From Lepidodermella squamata (Eukaryota; Animalia; Gastrotricha): DNA of 64,000 bases. Each line of letters opens with the position of its first letter. The stretch's first letter is position 1. The notes beneath the pieces were generated by a model. The model searched no databases. It was not told the DNA's origin and was given only the letters and a program-made list of their open reading frames with translations. Below are positions 46,142-59,900 of the stretch, piece after piece. The position numbers and the translations under genes were made by a program. The DNA lies in NCBI GenBank assembly GCA_047495785.1, contig JBLDXI010000032.1:3100001-3164000 (forward strand). Direction: 5' to 3'.

Positions 46142-49100
46142 ATGATGGACATCCCTTTGGTATGCATTTTTTCCGCTCAATTTTCAAGGTCATAAAACTA
46201 TTTCTTGAATCCACCGCAGATTGAACACTTTATCAATGATAATTTTCAATACCGAACTTGCAGTCGATACGTTCCGGTGGATTTAGACCGGTTGAAATTG
46301 TCCGAACGGCGATTTTTTCAGCCGTCAGTTTATTCAAAAATAAATATTCTAGCCTAATTTTCCTGTTATAGAGATTGCTGTGAGTGCGGCCGATCGGCAG
46401 ACTGGCACCTGCAAAATGGCATCGAAGTTCCAACGATGCCGACCTTCGATTCAGTTCGGCCTTGGTCGATCGAAAATGACACTCAAATCTTGCCATGTGA
46501 CACTTTTGGCGAGCTGATTTTCCAAGCGGGAGACGGCGTTGAGTCGACTGAAATCCTACCCGGTGCTTCGGCGAAATACATCCGTATTGATGGAACTCGG
46601 CGGATGGATGAAGCGTATTTCGAGAGTATCTACGAGCTGATGACAAACAGCCATTTATGGGGCATTAAAAAGCCGGGCCTTCTTATGGAAATAACCGGAA
46701 CGGCCAGCGATTTCCCCCACATTGATCAAATCGCGATTAACAAGTTCAATGAAGGCCTGCTTAAGGCGGCTCATAGCTCAAGTAAAATTTTGAAAAAATA
46801 TCAAATTCGTTATTTGTGCTATATTTTAGACGCCTGGATCGTGACAAACGGTATCAATCGGGGAGTTATGAAACTGGTTGGCGAGGCAGTAGCTCAGGCT
46901 CGGATGACTCATATCGATCGAAATATCACATGCATAGGAATCGGCTCGTGGGGCACTGTCAAGTACAGATCTTGTCTAATGCCGCGACGTCCTATCAGTG
47001 AAATGTACTTCCAACGCCGCGCTATTACTCCGAAAAGTCGTCGAAAATCGATGACTCATTTTGTGTTAAACACCCTGAAAAGCGACGTCGAAGAGGTCGA
47101 GCCTCTCAATCAACGAAATCGATGGCAGCAAGTGGATTACTACATCGATACTAAGGACGAGGACGGCATGATAGCTTTAGATCATAACCACAACTATTTC
47201 CTGCTGATCGATAGCGGTCGAGAGCGAAGGGTCGGTGATGAGATAGCTTTTCGGGCTCGTTTTCTCGAATTTATCTCCAAGAAAAAAATGCCAGGCAGTG
47301 GAGTTGTCAGCGACGAAAATCAATGCGAAACTCTTACCCCGAGTCTTCTGATCACCATAGGCGGCGGTGCTACGGCTTTGAAAACAGTCGAAGAAACGTT
47401 GGCTTGCACGATTGGCGATTGTGAGGGCAAGCCGTCATCGCGACCTGTGATTGGTCAGTTTAATCCATTCATCATTATCGGCTTTGATTTTCCGATATAT
47501 CTCAGTTTTACAGGGATTAGGAGGCATTGCTGATTTAATTGCCTTCGCGTACGAGCTCACGGCTAATGATGATGACAAAACGACTGAACCGGAACGGCAC
47601 AACTCTGCCAAAGTTAGATTGCGGCGCCATTCGCATTCTGAAAATAATGGGTAACAATTAATTTACTGGAAATTATTTGAAGCTCCGGCATTATTTGATT
47701 TTTACAGACATTCGAATGGTGAAGCTACGCCGGTTTATCCCGATGATTTTGACAAGAAAATTTCTGAACATCCGGAGCTTCAATGGCTGCTACGACAAGT
47801 TGCCGAGGAAGATCGGCCTCAACTAATCGAGCGATATGTCGCGTTGCTAAGGACCTGCATTAAAAATAGAAAAATGGTAAATTTAGTTTTAAATTTATTT
47901 AAAAATTTGACTTAAAATTTTTCAATTTATATAATTCATTTTTTTTCACAGATAACCGTTTTTGATATTTTTACGGAACATCACGGCGGCAAAGATGGAC
48001 TGGACAAAGACATATTTCAAGCCATTTTTAAAGGTAAATTGTTTCTGTTAATTAATTAATTTTTTATTTTAATTAATAAAAATAACAGCTGAACTCGGCG
48101 GACCAGCTGTGATGCTTGAACTTGCCCAATTATGGAACCGGCCCGATTTTGCACGAGATATCCTACAGAATAAGAGTTCGGCCGTTAAAGTCAGCAAGCT
48201 AAAATTTTCCATAACTAAAAACAAGAAATTATATTAATATATTAGAAGGCAATCGATGGCGACGAAGCAATGCTGCGTGTTATATCGAACGGCCAAGCTA
48301 AATTCTGCCGCCTCTACGACGACTACAACGTCGTTGATGTTCGAAAATTTTCAACCCGAAATGCCCTCGCCGAAATTTACGAACGTGTCTTCGTTAAAAA
48401 GCTATCCCGGGTCAACAAAAGCTGCGTGGCCTTGTTTCGCAGCTTCATTTTAGAACGATTGGTTTGACCTAGTTTTAATATTTTGAGCAACGTTTTTATT
48501 GCTTTATTTCAGGGCGAAGAGCATGATCAAATTGCGAGGAAAGACTTTTTACGGGTTCTTGGTCACGTTTTAGCGATGAAAATCGGGTGCTATATTGATA
48601 ACTTGGCAACTGAAAAATTAGTCCCGATTACTGGTAAAACGAGAAAGCCAAGAGATGACGACCAAGACGATGATGACGACATGGATTTTGAGCTTCTTTC
48701 GAAATTTCGAGGTAACAGAGATTGACATTGTTCGATCACCGCTCGAAATGTGATTTTCCACAGCTTCCTTTCTACCATCTGGTCAACAAGCCGGGGAACC
48801 GAAAATTGGAGACATATTTATGCCGGGATCTGCTTTAGATTTGAGCTTGTTTACACCTTACCTGGCTGGGAAACGGGATTTGTTCCTATTCGCTTTGTTG
48901 ATTAATGCTAAAGATATGGCCATGTCATTTTGGGCCGATGGCCAAGACCACCTAGGAACAGCATTATTCGCCGCGAAATTCTTAGAAAGTCTCGCAATAG
49001 ATGCTGATCGGCTCGGCTTAACTGATTTGGCGCTCGAGTATGAAAATGCGGCGGGTAACTGGCAAAAACACGCCGTTGACGTTCTTACAATTTGTTACGA

Positions 49101-50958
49101 CGAAAACCCGGAAAGGACTAATCGACTTTTAACGCGAAGTTTAGCAACTTGGCAAGATTATTCGCCACTGGAAATTGCGTACCACACGAATCGGCAGGAA
49201 TTTATGGAACACCCTGCTGTTCAAACGAAACTAAACCAGTTATGGTACGGCCAAATTGCGCCGTTTTCGAACAACGCCCTGATTTATTTATCAGCCATAA
49301 TCTGGCCGTTGGTCTACAAAATTCAATTCCAGGCATCTCAGAACAAAATCAAGCCTGTTGATGCTAAATCAAAGGAAGTCGTTCGACCAATGACAAAGGC
49401 CTCAACCCGGCGTAGATATGCAAGCGTCTCAATTGGCAAAAATGAAAACCAACACGCTGTCAACTTTTTTAAGGCGGTCTTTTTTATTTACTCGTCGCCG
49501 AAAATGAAATTTTTCTTCCACACGCTGGTCACACTTTTTTCGCTAATGGCCTTCTCTTATTTCATTGTTGCCGGGCCTAATCGAGGCAGTATAACCTGGC
49601 TTGAGGGCTATATCTGGATTTGGGGCTTTGTTTCATTCATCGATCAACTTCGAGAAAGTCTGGAGGAGCAGCTACTCAATCGATTGCAGGAAAAAGTCGT
49701 CTACTTCTTCAACCAACTGTGGAATTGGGTTGATATTATCGCGTTAACTTGTTTGATATTCACAATAGGAATGAGACTCGCCTTGCCTGAGGATGAATTC
49801 GTCTACCCTCGAACTACCTATTCATTGGCTTGTCTCGTCTACTGGCACAAAGCCTTTAACATGCTCTACGTGTCTCAATCTCTTGGGCCGAAGGTGATCA
49901 CCATGTTCAAAATGATGCAGGATCTTTACTTTTTCCTCGCTCTCTATGCAATTATTCTCATATCATTCGCTGTTCCGATTTACGTGCTGATGTACCCGGA
50001 AGAACCGGCTGGGGATGGGGGCGATTTTTTCGCAACTTTTGGCCGTCTCATTTACGCACTCTACACTCGTTGGTGGCTGTTGGCCGGCATTTCCGTGGAT
50101 GATAGCCGTAAAGAGATCGAAGGAACATGTCCTTCCCCGGTTATGATAATGAAAAACGAGACATTTCTTGGCCGATTTCGACGCCAAGTTATTGGTTTTG
50201 GTGATGGCAACAATAGCAGTTTGATTTCGAGCCAGAGTGACTGTTCTCGACTTAATTATGTCGGCGTATTTTTGTTCGTCATTTTCTTGATCATCACAAA
50301 TATCATGCTACTCAACATGCTGATTGCTATGTAAGTTTTCCAAAAGTTCATTTCCCATGAAATACAGAATTTCGAAACAGGTTGACTCATACTGTTGATG
50401 CGGTTCGAGAACGTTCGATTCGGCTGTGGCGTTTCCACTTGTATCGCATGACGTGCCAGTTTTATAGCAGGCCCATGATGCCGCCGCCTTTTTCGATTTT
50501 CGAAATAATTTACCGCTTCGGACGATGGCAATTTGGGAAGGCTGATTTGGATCGCACAAGCAGCAGCATAAGTACAATTTTTCCAATAAAAAAAGTGATA
50601 ATTTTTCGAATTTTGCGATTTTCAGAGGAATTTTTCAATCCTATGGATTTCGAGTACCAACGTTTGTCTCTTTTCGAGCGAAGCGCAGCCGTCGAACTGG
50701 CTCGCGACGAACCGCAAGAAGCCGACGAGCCGTCCAAAGCTGCAATTTTGTCTAAATTAAAGCTCGTCCATCAAAAGTAATTTTTCAAATTTCGAACTTG
50801 TACTCTGTAAGATCTGATCTCATCGTAGGCTTTATCGAAAATTGGACGATGTCGAAAGCAAAATCAGTGACATAGCCCTTGGCAACTATCTGATGAGTAA
50901 CAAGCCCCGGTATGAGAGTGCCGAGTTCAACGTCAGTAATAACGAGACAAATACTTGA
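46142..50958 (+). CDS. TRPM-family cation channel (TRPM-like 1)
   Basis: IEHFINDNFQYRTC; MHR1/2 KPGLLMEITG, AWIVTNG, CIGIGSWG, LDHNHNYFLLIDSG; MHR4 RDLFLFALL, FMEHPAVQ..LNQLWYG; S4-S5 SQSLGPKV; S6 NIMLLNMLIAM; TRP box LWRFH; short coiled coil. The first exon is tentative. Confidence 0.9.
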
Positions 50959-51303
50959 TTCTATTATAACTAAAAATGTTTGGATATTGGCTATTTTTTT
51001 GTCTTCAATAAAAATTAAAATGCGTGCAATTTTTTTGGCACGTGCCACGGCGGTTATTGAGATTGAAAAGAGGGAAAAAATGAATCGATGTGCGATTTTG
51101 TATGATTTATTGCCACACTCGAAGATTCTATCTCTGCGGGGCTTGACATGCTTATTTCCGCTACAACTCATGCCGAGCTGGTATATATGTATGGTAAAGC
51201 CGTATGTTAAAAAAATACCTTTCTTATCGCGGAGCTGATTACACACCTTGCCTATACGTATTTATTGCAATTTTTATTAGCCTATTATTTTGAAAATCAG
51301 GTT

Positions 51304-54300
51304 ATGTTTCAAGTCTGATGAATTCACACTTGGTGGGTTATGAAAATGACTTTTTATTATTATACCTGGAAATTTCTTAGATTGAGCAATACGTAGCTGA
51401 CAATTTCAAGGTCCGCCGTTGTTTGCGTTATGTTCGAATTAATTTAGAAGCTGAGCAGCTGACGCCATCAGAACAGCGCCGATTCGATGAGTATGAAAAT
51501 TCCTCAATTTTAATTAATTTTTTACAGAAATTTCTCAACAGGGATGACTGTGTTTGCGGCCGTTCCTACGAATGGCACGTTCAAAACGGCGCATCGATCC
51601 CAGGAAACGCCGTTTTCACAGCACCGTCTCGGTCATGGTCGGTTGAGCACGATACTAAATTTGGCCCATGCGACGCTTTTGGCGAGCTGGTTTTCCAACC
51701 TGGCGACGGCGTTAATTCAACGGAAATTTTACCTGGAGCCTCTGCGAAGTACATTCGGCTCGACGGATCGGCTTGTGATGATGAAGGCTACCTTGAGAGT
51801 ATCTACAAATTCATGACTGATGAGAGGCTCTGGGCTATGAAAAAGCCAGGGTTACTCATGGAAATTACTGGATCGACGATCGATTTTCCTCACATTGATC
51901 AGCTAACCTTGGACAAATTCAACGAGGGGTTACTAAAAGCTGCCCACAGCGCAAGTAAGATTTATCCAAACTTCCCAAATAGAAAAATATTGAATAATTT
52001 TTTCCATAAATTTTCAATAATTTTGAAATGCAAAAAATTGATTTTTTTTATTATTTAATTTTAATTTTAATTTCAATTTTGAAATGATAATTTTTTCAAG
52101 ATGCTTGGATAATTACGAATGGAATAAATCGAGGCGTGATGAAACTGGTCGGTGAAGCAGTAGCTGAGACACGTATGGCCCATATCGACCGTAATATCAC
52201 CTGTATCGGCATCGGCTCGTGGGGTACAATCAAATATCGCGATTCCTTGGTCCATCGTTCCAACTCAATTCTGGACAACAGCAGAACGAGCTCATCTACG
52301 CCGAGAGCAGCCGGCTTAACCCAACGGCTGCTCAGCGAGCAAACAGATGAAACGGACCAGCCTTTGTCGCCTATCCCAGGCAAATGGGGGGTTGATTACT
52401 TTATTGATACAACAGACGCGGCTGGGGCACAGAATCTCAATCAAAACCATAATTATTTCTTGCTTGTTGATAACGGCCGGGAGAAGCGATACGGCGAGGA
52501 AATCGCACTTCGAGCGCGGCTTTTGGACCGCATTTCGAAGAAGAAACTTCTAGGCACTGGAATAGCAAGTCATGAATTGGCTTCAACACCGAGTTTGTTG
52601 ATAGTAATCGGTGGCGGCGCCAGTGCGGTTAGAACTATTGAAGAAACTATAGCTGTCGGAAATGAATTGAAAAATAATCCTCGACCTATAATTGGTAAAT
52701 TTGTCACCATTAATCCTTTTATTTTAAATTAATTTCCCTGGTAGTTTTAAAGGGTTTCGGAGGTATTGCTGATGTGATTGCTTTTGCTTACGATTTGACT
52801 TCGAAAAAGGAGGACAAATATGTTGAAGATGAGAAAAGCAAGCCGAAGAAGCCGAAATTCTACCTCCAGAAGCCACTCAGCCCTCATAAGTAACTAATTT
52901 TTCTTTATTTAACCTGATGCCTAATGTCTTATATCACCAAAGGGTGAAACTGTCTCATGAGACTCAGTTCCCAGATGACTTTGATGCTAGGATTTCCGAT
53001 CACCCAGAAATGCAATGGCTATTGATGCATTTGCCGCCGAATCAAAGATCGGTTCAAGCTCAGCAGTATTGCAAAGTAGTTCGCGAGAGTTTGGCAGATC
53101 GGCGACTCGTGAGTCCCAAAACTGATTGAATAAATTGTAAAATGGCTGCCTCTCGTCGTAGATCACAGTTTTCGATCTGTTTGCAGATCCGATCGGTAAC
53201 AAAGAGCCACTTGATCGCGACATTCTTCAAGCTATTTTCAAAGGTGAATTCGATGATTTTCAACAATTTTTTTAATTTATCCATCAATTTAGCCGAACTT
53301 GGAGGGCCAGAAGTAATGTTCGAGCTTGCTCAAATTTGGAACCGAGCTGATATAGCTAGAAATATCCTACAGGAGAGTTGTAACATTGTTAAGGTATTTC
53401 CCATCTCAAATTTCTTATTGGGAATCTTATTTTTATTAAATTTTTATATATCTTAGAGGTCTATGAACTGCAAGGAAGCTATGCTACGAGCTGTGTCGAA
53501 CGCCCAAGGCAAATTTTGCAAGCTATTCGATGACTACAACCTAGTCGATACGATCAAGTTTGCGACTCGAGAAGTCATGGCCGAAATCTATCACCGAGCT
53601 TTTGTGAAGAAAACCGGCCGCGTTAACAAATCTGCGGTCAGCCTGTTCCGCAGCTTTTTATTCGAAAAAATGGTAAAAGTACTAAAATTGAAAAATAAAT
53701 TCAAAATGTTATCACTTTTCTTAGGGTGAGGAAGATGATGATCTTACTCATCAGAGGCTGCTGCGAAGCGTTGGCGACATTTTGGCCGATAAAATTGGCT
53801 GCTACCTCGATAATTTATTCACCGAAGAAATCGTTGCTATCACGGGCAAAACCCGACAGGACGATGACGAGCCGCAAGATGGTGACTTCTTCGACGACGT
53901 TGTCTTCGCCCCAGGCAGTGCGCCTAGCAGCGGTTCCAAGTTGGTACCAATGACGCCGCCTCAACGCAGAACCGTGGTCATTAGCAAAGCGGATGAATGG
54001 ACGACGCCTCATTTAGCGGGAATGCGAGATTTATTCCTATTCTCGCTGTTAATCAATGCGAAAGACATGGCTATGATGTACTGGTTCCAAGGCCAGGACC
54101 ACCTTGGTACCTCGCTATTCGCTGCCAAGTTTCTTCAAGCTTTGGCTGCTGATGCCGAGCAATCTGGACTCATTGATTTAGCTATGGAGTATGAAGCCCG
54201 ATCAGTTGAATGGCAGAAACGGGCCCTGGGTGAGTAATTTCATATAACAATTTGAGATTTCATAAATAAATTACAAAAATTAATAAAAATTATTTTAATT

Positions 54301-56412
54301 TAATAATGAATTAAAAATGACAATTTGTGATTTTTTATTGCATTTTTAAAACATTTTTACAGATGTTCTAACTGTCAGTTACGATGACAATCCAGAAAGA
54401 ACCTATCGCTTATTGACTCGAAGTTTGGCTATATGGCAGGGCTATTCTGTCCTTGAAATCGCCTATCATACGAAGCAGCAAGAATTTATGGGCCACCCTG
54501 CTGTTCAAACCAAATTGAACCAGCTATGGTTCGGCCGAATTGCCCCGTTTTCAAGCCCAAGCTTCGTCAACTTGTCAACCATTTGCTGGCCTGCCGTTTT
54601 CAACGTTCAATTCCTGTCGAATCCTGTCAACCCAGCAATCGCACCACCGGTGATAGCTAAATCTGATGTCGAAAATTTGAAGGCGAAACCAGTTGCGGCA
54701 CAGCGGCGCTATGTTGGCGTGTCATGCCGCAACAATTTCAATTCGATCTCGTTTTTCGAAGCAATTTTCGCAATTTACGCATCGCCGAAAACTAAATTCT
54801 TCCTCCATTCTATCGTGACATTTTTGTCGCTATTGGCCTTTTCCTACTTCATCATCAACGGCCCAGATCCAGATGATGTTAGTTCGTTGGAAATTTACAT
54901 CTGGCTATGGGCTTTCATCTCGTTCATCGACCGAATTCGAGAGAGCGCGGAGGAAAAGTTGCTGAACAAATTCCACGAAAGATTCGTCTATTTCTTCTCG
55001 CAAATGTGGAATGTAACGGAATTCGTGGGGCAAATCTGCCTAGGATTTTCGTTCGTCAAACGATTCGTTTTGACGAAAGACTACTTCATCTACACCAGGA
55101 CAACCTATGCCGTAGCTTGTTTAGTCTACTGGTTCCAGGCCTTCCAGATCTTGTATGTTTCTCAATCTTTGGGACCTAAAGTCATTACGTTGTTCAAAAT
55201 GATGCAAGATCTCTACTTCTTCCTTGTCCTTTACGCTATTATTTTGGTATCATTTTCCGTCCCGATTTACGTCCTCATGTACCCGGGTCAGGCGAATAGT
55301 GGTCAGTTGATCGAAACCGTGAAACAACTGGGCTATATCTTGTATGCAAGATGGTGGAATTTAGCCGGCATTTCCATGGATGACAGTCGCATTGAGATTG
55401 AAGGAACTTGCAAAACTGCTGATCTTGAAGCTAAGAGAAGCCAGCTATTGAAGATGATGAATAATACTGCTGAAAATTCGACGAATGCGGCGCTTGAAGT
55501 TGGCAGTGATTGTTCGGAAAAGAATTTCATTGGAATTATTTTGTTCATCGTTTTTCTGATCATCACCAATATTCTCCTGCTCAACATGCTTATTGCTATG
55601 TGAGTGATTTTTCAACAACAACATGATTATTTTATTTTCTCATTATTTCGATATAATATGCCAGCCCGAGGGCGCCAAGCATTTACACAATTTTTAATTA
55701 ACAATAAACATGAATGAGATATGGTTATATTTCGTTCCGTATATTTAGTTTATATTTAGAGAGTTGTTGCGTTATTTTATTTTATTTTAATTTTTTATTT
55801 TTTTTTCATTATTATTATTATTATTATTCAATCATATCTAATATTTTTTCAATAATATAATTTTTTTATTTTTATTGAAATGTTCGCTTTCAAGGCTTAC
55901 CCATACGGTTGATGCTGTGAGAGAACGATCGATAAGACTATGGCGATTCCATATTTACCGCATCACTTATCAGTTTTTCGGGAAGCCAATGCTGCCAGCT
56001 CCGTTTTCGATTTTCGAAATGGTCATTAGGCTGGTGAAGCGTATTTCTAATTTTCGAGCACCCATCAGCACGGCGATGAGTAAGCCTATTTAATTAGGTA
56101 TTTATTTCATATTTTTTTATTTTTTTCAGAGGAATATTTCGGCCCGAATGATTTCGAGTACCAGAAGCTATCGTTGTTTGAACGAAGCGCTGCCTCCGAC
56201 TTGGTGGATGTGCAAGCATCAGAGGAGCAGGATCCAGACTCCTCGAAATCAGCAATTCTATCTCGGCTCAAATTTGTCCACCAAAAGTGAGCTCTTACTT
56301 CAAAAGTTTGGCCATTATTTCGAATGCTATTTTTTTACATAGATTGTACCGCAAGCTTGACAAAGTCGAAGCAAAAATTGGCGACCTTGCAACGAGCCAG
56401 CCGAGCGATTAG
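51304..56412 (+). CDS. TRPM-family cation channel (TRPM-like 2)
   Basis: Same motif series as TRPM-like 1; ends LYRKLDKVEAKIGDLATSQPSD-stop. The start exon is tentative. Confidence 0.9.
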
Positions 56413-56933
56413 TCATGAAGAACAAAAACATTATATTATTGAAAAAATGATTAATTATAAGGAGGAATAAAAGCAAAATTTTCAATAATATATTTGGGCT
56501 CTCTAAACATCCGACAGCTATAAAATAGAATTGCGATTTTCGATGAAATTGCGAATTAAAGGGATGTTTATTTCAAAGCGATATTCATTATTCATTGTTC
56601 GGCGCATTGTTTATGACATCACTCTCGCCCTCACATTCTGTTGTGGTTTCGATGAATAAAACATACCTGTGTTTATTGTTGGTATTTTGTGCCGCGATGA
56701 AATGAGCGCAGGTATACGCAACTAGTCGGGCCTTTTCCATTGTTTGTCCTGTTTTGTCGTGCCTTAAATCGATTCTTGCGGCCAATTATGGACGCACGTT
56801 TGACAGTCGAAATGTTTTACTCACCTTACTAGTAAGCTTTACATTTGGCTATCGCTAATCGCTATTAAATCAGTCGGAGGCAAACATAAAATGCCATCAT
56901 ATTTATAATATATTTTAACAAAAATTAATTAAG

Positions 56934-59900
56934 ATGAATAAATATCAAAAAGCGGTAAGTACAACTGGCTAAAAATGTTGGGCGCCTATTTTCGACGAAT
57001 AATTTTCAGAATGTTGAAGAATTTGTTTCGAATCGATTCAAGTTGAGGCAATGCTGCCGTTACTCGAAAGTCAACCTAGCAGCAGAGCATCTTACCCCAC
57101 TTGAGGAAAGGAGCTTTCTTCGGTATGAGTAATTTCCTTTTTTATTTTTTATTTCAACATCTCCCTTTTTCAAGAGATGACTGTGTTTGCGGCCACTCTA
57201 TGGAATGGCACCGGCAAAGCGGCGCCGAAGTTCCATCTGGCGCTTTCTTCGGCAACCCAGCAGCTTGGTCCGTATCAAACGCGACTAAGCTAGTCCCATG
57301 TGACAGTTTCGGCGAGCTGATTTTCCGCCCGGGTGATGGCATCGATGCGACCGAGATCATGCCCGGAGCCTCGGCCAAGTACATCCGCCTTGATGGCTTG
57401 CCAAGTGATGAAGACTACTTCGAAAGTGTCTTCCAATTTATGACTAATGAGCGCTTTTGGGCGATGAAAAGGCCTGGCCTACTCATGGAAATAACTGGGT
57501 CAACGAGCGACTTTCCTCACATTGATCAATTGACCTTACAACGTTTCAATCAAGGCCTACTTAAAGCCGCACACAGCGCTAGTAAGTAAAAACGACAATA
57601 AAAACAATACAAAACTTTTGAAAATCGAAAAATCATTAGGCTGGAATTTTTTTTATTAGTTTTCCATTTAATTTTAATTTTTTATTTTTCAAGACGCTTG
57701 GATCATTACGAATGGGATAAATCGAGGTGTCATGAAAATGGTTGGACAAGCCGTTGCTCAAAATAGAATGGCCCACATAGACCGTGATATAGTCTGTCTC
57801 GGAATCGCATCCTGGGGCACTGTTAAATATCGCGAGTCTTTAATTCAAAAATCAACGACTGGTCCGAAAAATGCGGAATCCATCTCGAAAAGCCCGTCGA
57901 ACCCTAACAGTCCTGCTCCGTCCCATCGGTTATTGACTGGAGAGCAGCAGCAGCAGCAGGATGACGGTGTCATCAAAGGAAAATGGGACGTCGATTACTT
58001 TGTCGATACAAAGGAGGCAAAAGGCGCGCAAAATCTCGATCAAAATCATAATTATTTCCTGCTGATCGACAACGGCCGTGAGAAGCGATTCGGCGAAGAA
58101 ATAGCTTTTCGAGCTCGTTTCCTCGATCACATTGCGAAGATGCCCTTGCCAGGAGCAGCTCAAAGAGATACCATCGTCGAAACAACATCAACGCCGAGTT
58201 TGCTCATCGTCATAGGCGGGGGAGCTACGACATTTCGAACAATCGAAGAAATTATCACCGTTTCACAGGCTGGCGAAAGCGGCAATTTATCACGCCCGAT
58301 CATTGGTCTGAAATCTTATCAGTCAGAATTTTTCGTTTTATTTTTTTCTGATTTATAATATGCAGTCTTGAAAGGCTTTGGAGGGGTAGCTGAGATAATA
58401 GCTCATGCCTTTGAAATCACGTCAAAAGGTGATGATAAAGATCCTGATGAAGAAGGTTCGAAAACTAGGAAGCCGAAACATTACTTGCGCAAGTTTTCAG
58501 ATGAGGCCATGTTAGTAAACTCTCTTCTTTTATAACCATAACGACTATTTTATTCCCTATTTTCCAGCGCTAGAACTCCCATAGAAACAGTTTTCCCGGA
58601 TGATTTTGACGAAAAACTTCTGGAACATGCCGAAATGCAGTATTTGCTGTCTCAGCTACGTGAAGAAGACCGAGCTGTTCAAATCGCACGCTACAACAGC
58701 ATTGTTCGAAAATGTTTATCAGATCGAAAAATGGTGGACACATCGATTTCGCTTTATTTTTCTTTATTAATTTTTTTCAGATAACTGTTTTTAACCTATT
58801 TTCGGAAAATCTCAGTGGAGCAAAAGACCTTGACCGAGACATTCTTCAGGCGGTTTTCAAGGCGGAGTTGGGCGGTCCCGAAGTAATGTTTGAACTAGCT
58901 CAGATTTGGAATCGGGCAGACATTGCTGATAACATCTTGAAGGAACATTGCAACTTAGTCAAGGTAAATTTTCTAAATTTAAGTTCGGCTTTATTATCCC
59001 TGCTTTACAGAAATCTCTCGACTGTAATGAAGCGATGATCCGAGCTGTCTCGAATTCTCAGAGCAAATTTTGCAAACTGCTTGACGACTACAACCTGATT
59101 GATATTACTAAATTTGTCACTCGATCTGCAATGGCCGAAATCTACGATCGAGCTTTTGTGAAGCAAACTTGCCGAATTAACAAATCGGCCTTAGTACTAT
59201 TCCGAAGCTTCCTATTCGAGCAGACAGTGAGTTACTCCAAGTTGTGATAAATCTGGAAAAATGATAATTTGATTTCCCAGGGTCAAGAAGCCGAGGAAAT
59301 CGAACCTCAAAAGCTGTTGAAAGCTGTTGGCGCAATTTTAGCGGATCAAATCGGCTGCTACGTCGACAACTTGTTCACCGAAGAGCTAGTTCCGATCACT
59401 GGCAAAACACGCCAGGATGATGATGAGACAAATCAAGGTGACCCTGAAAGCACATCAGTTGCTATTCAAAATCCCCAACAGCTCATAAATGAAAGAAAAT
59501 TCTCATCTAGCGATAATTCCGATCTATTCACCACGCCTTATCTGTGCGGGTTGAGAGACTTGTTTCTTTTCTCGTTGATCGTAAATTCGAGGGATATGGC
59601 GAAAATGTACTGGTACCAGGGTCGTAATCACATCGGTTCGGCTCTATTCGCCGCTAAATTTCTTCAGCAACTCGCGTCCGAGGCTGAACGTGATGGCTTC
59701 ATCGATTTGGCGATGGAATACGAGGATAGAGCTGCCGAGTGGAGTAAACGCGCCCTGGACGTCCTAACAGTCGGCTACAACGACAATCCCGAGAGGACAT
59801 ATCGCGTATTAACTCGAAGCTTACTAACATGGCAGGAGTATTCAGTGTTAGAGATAGCTTACCATACTAAACATCAGGAATTTATGGAACACCCTGCTGT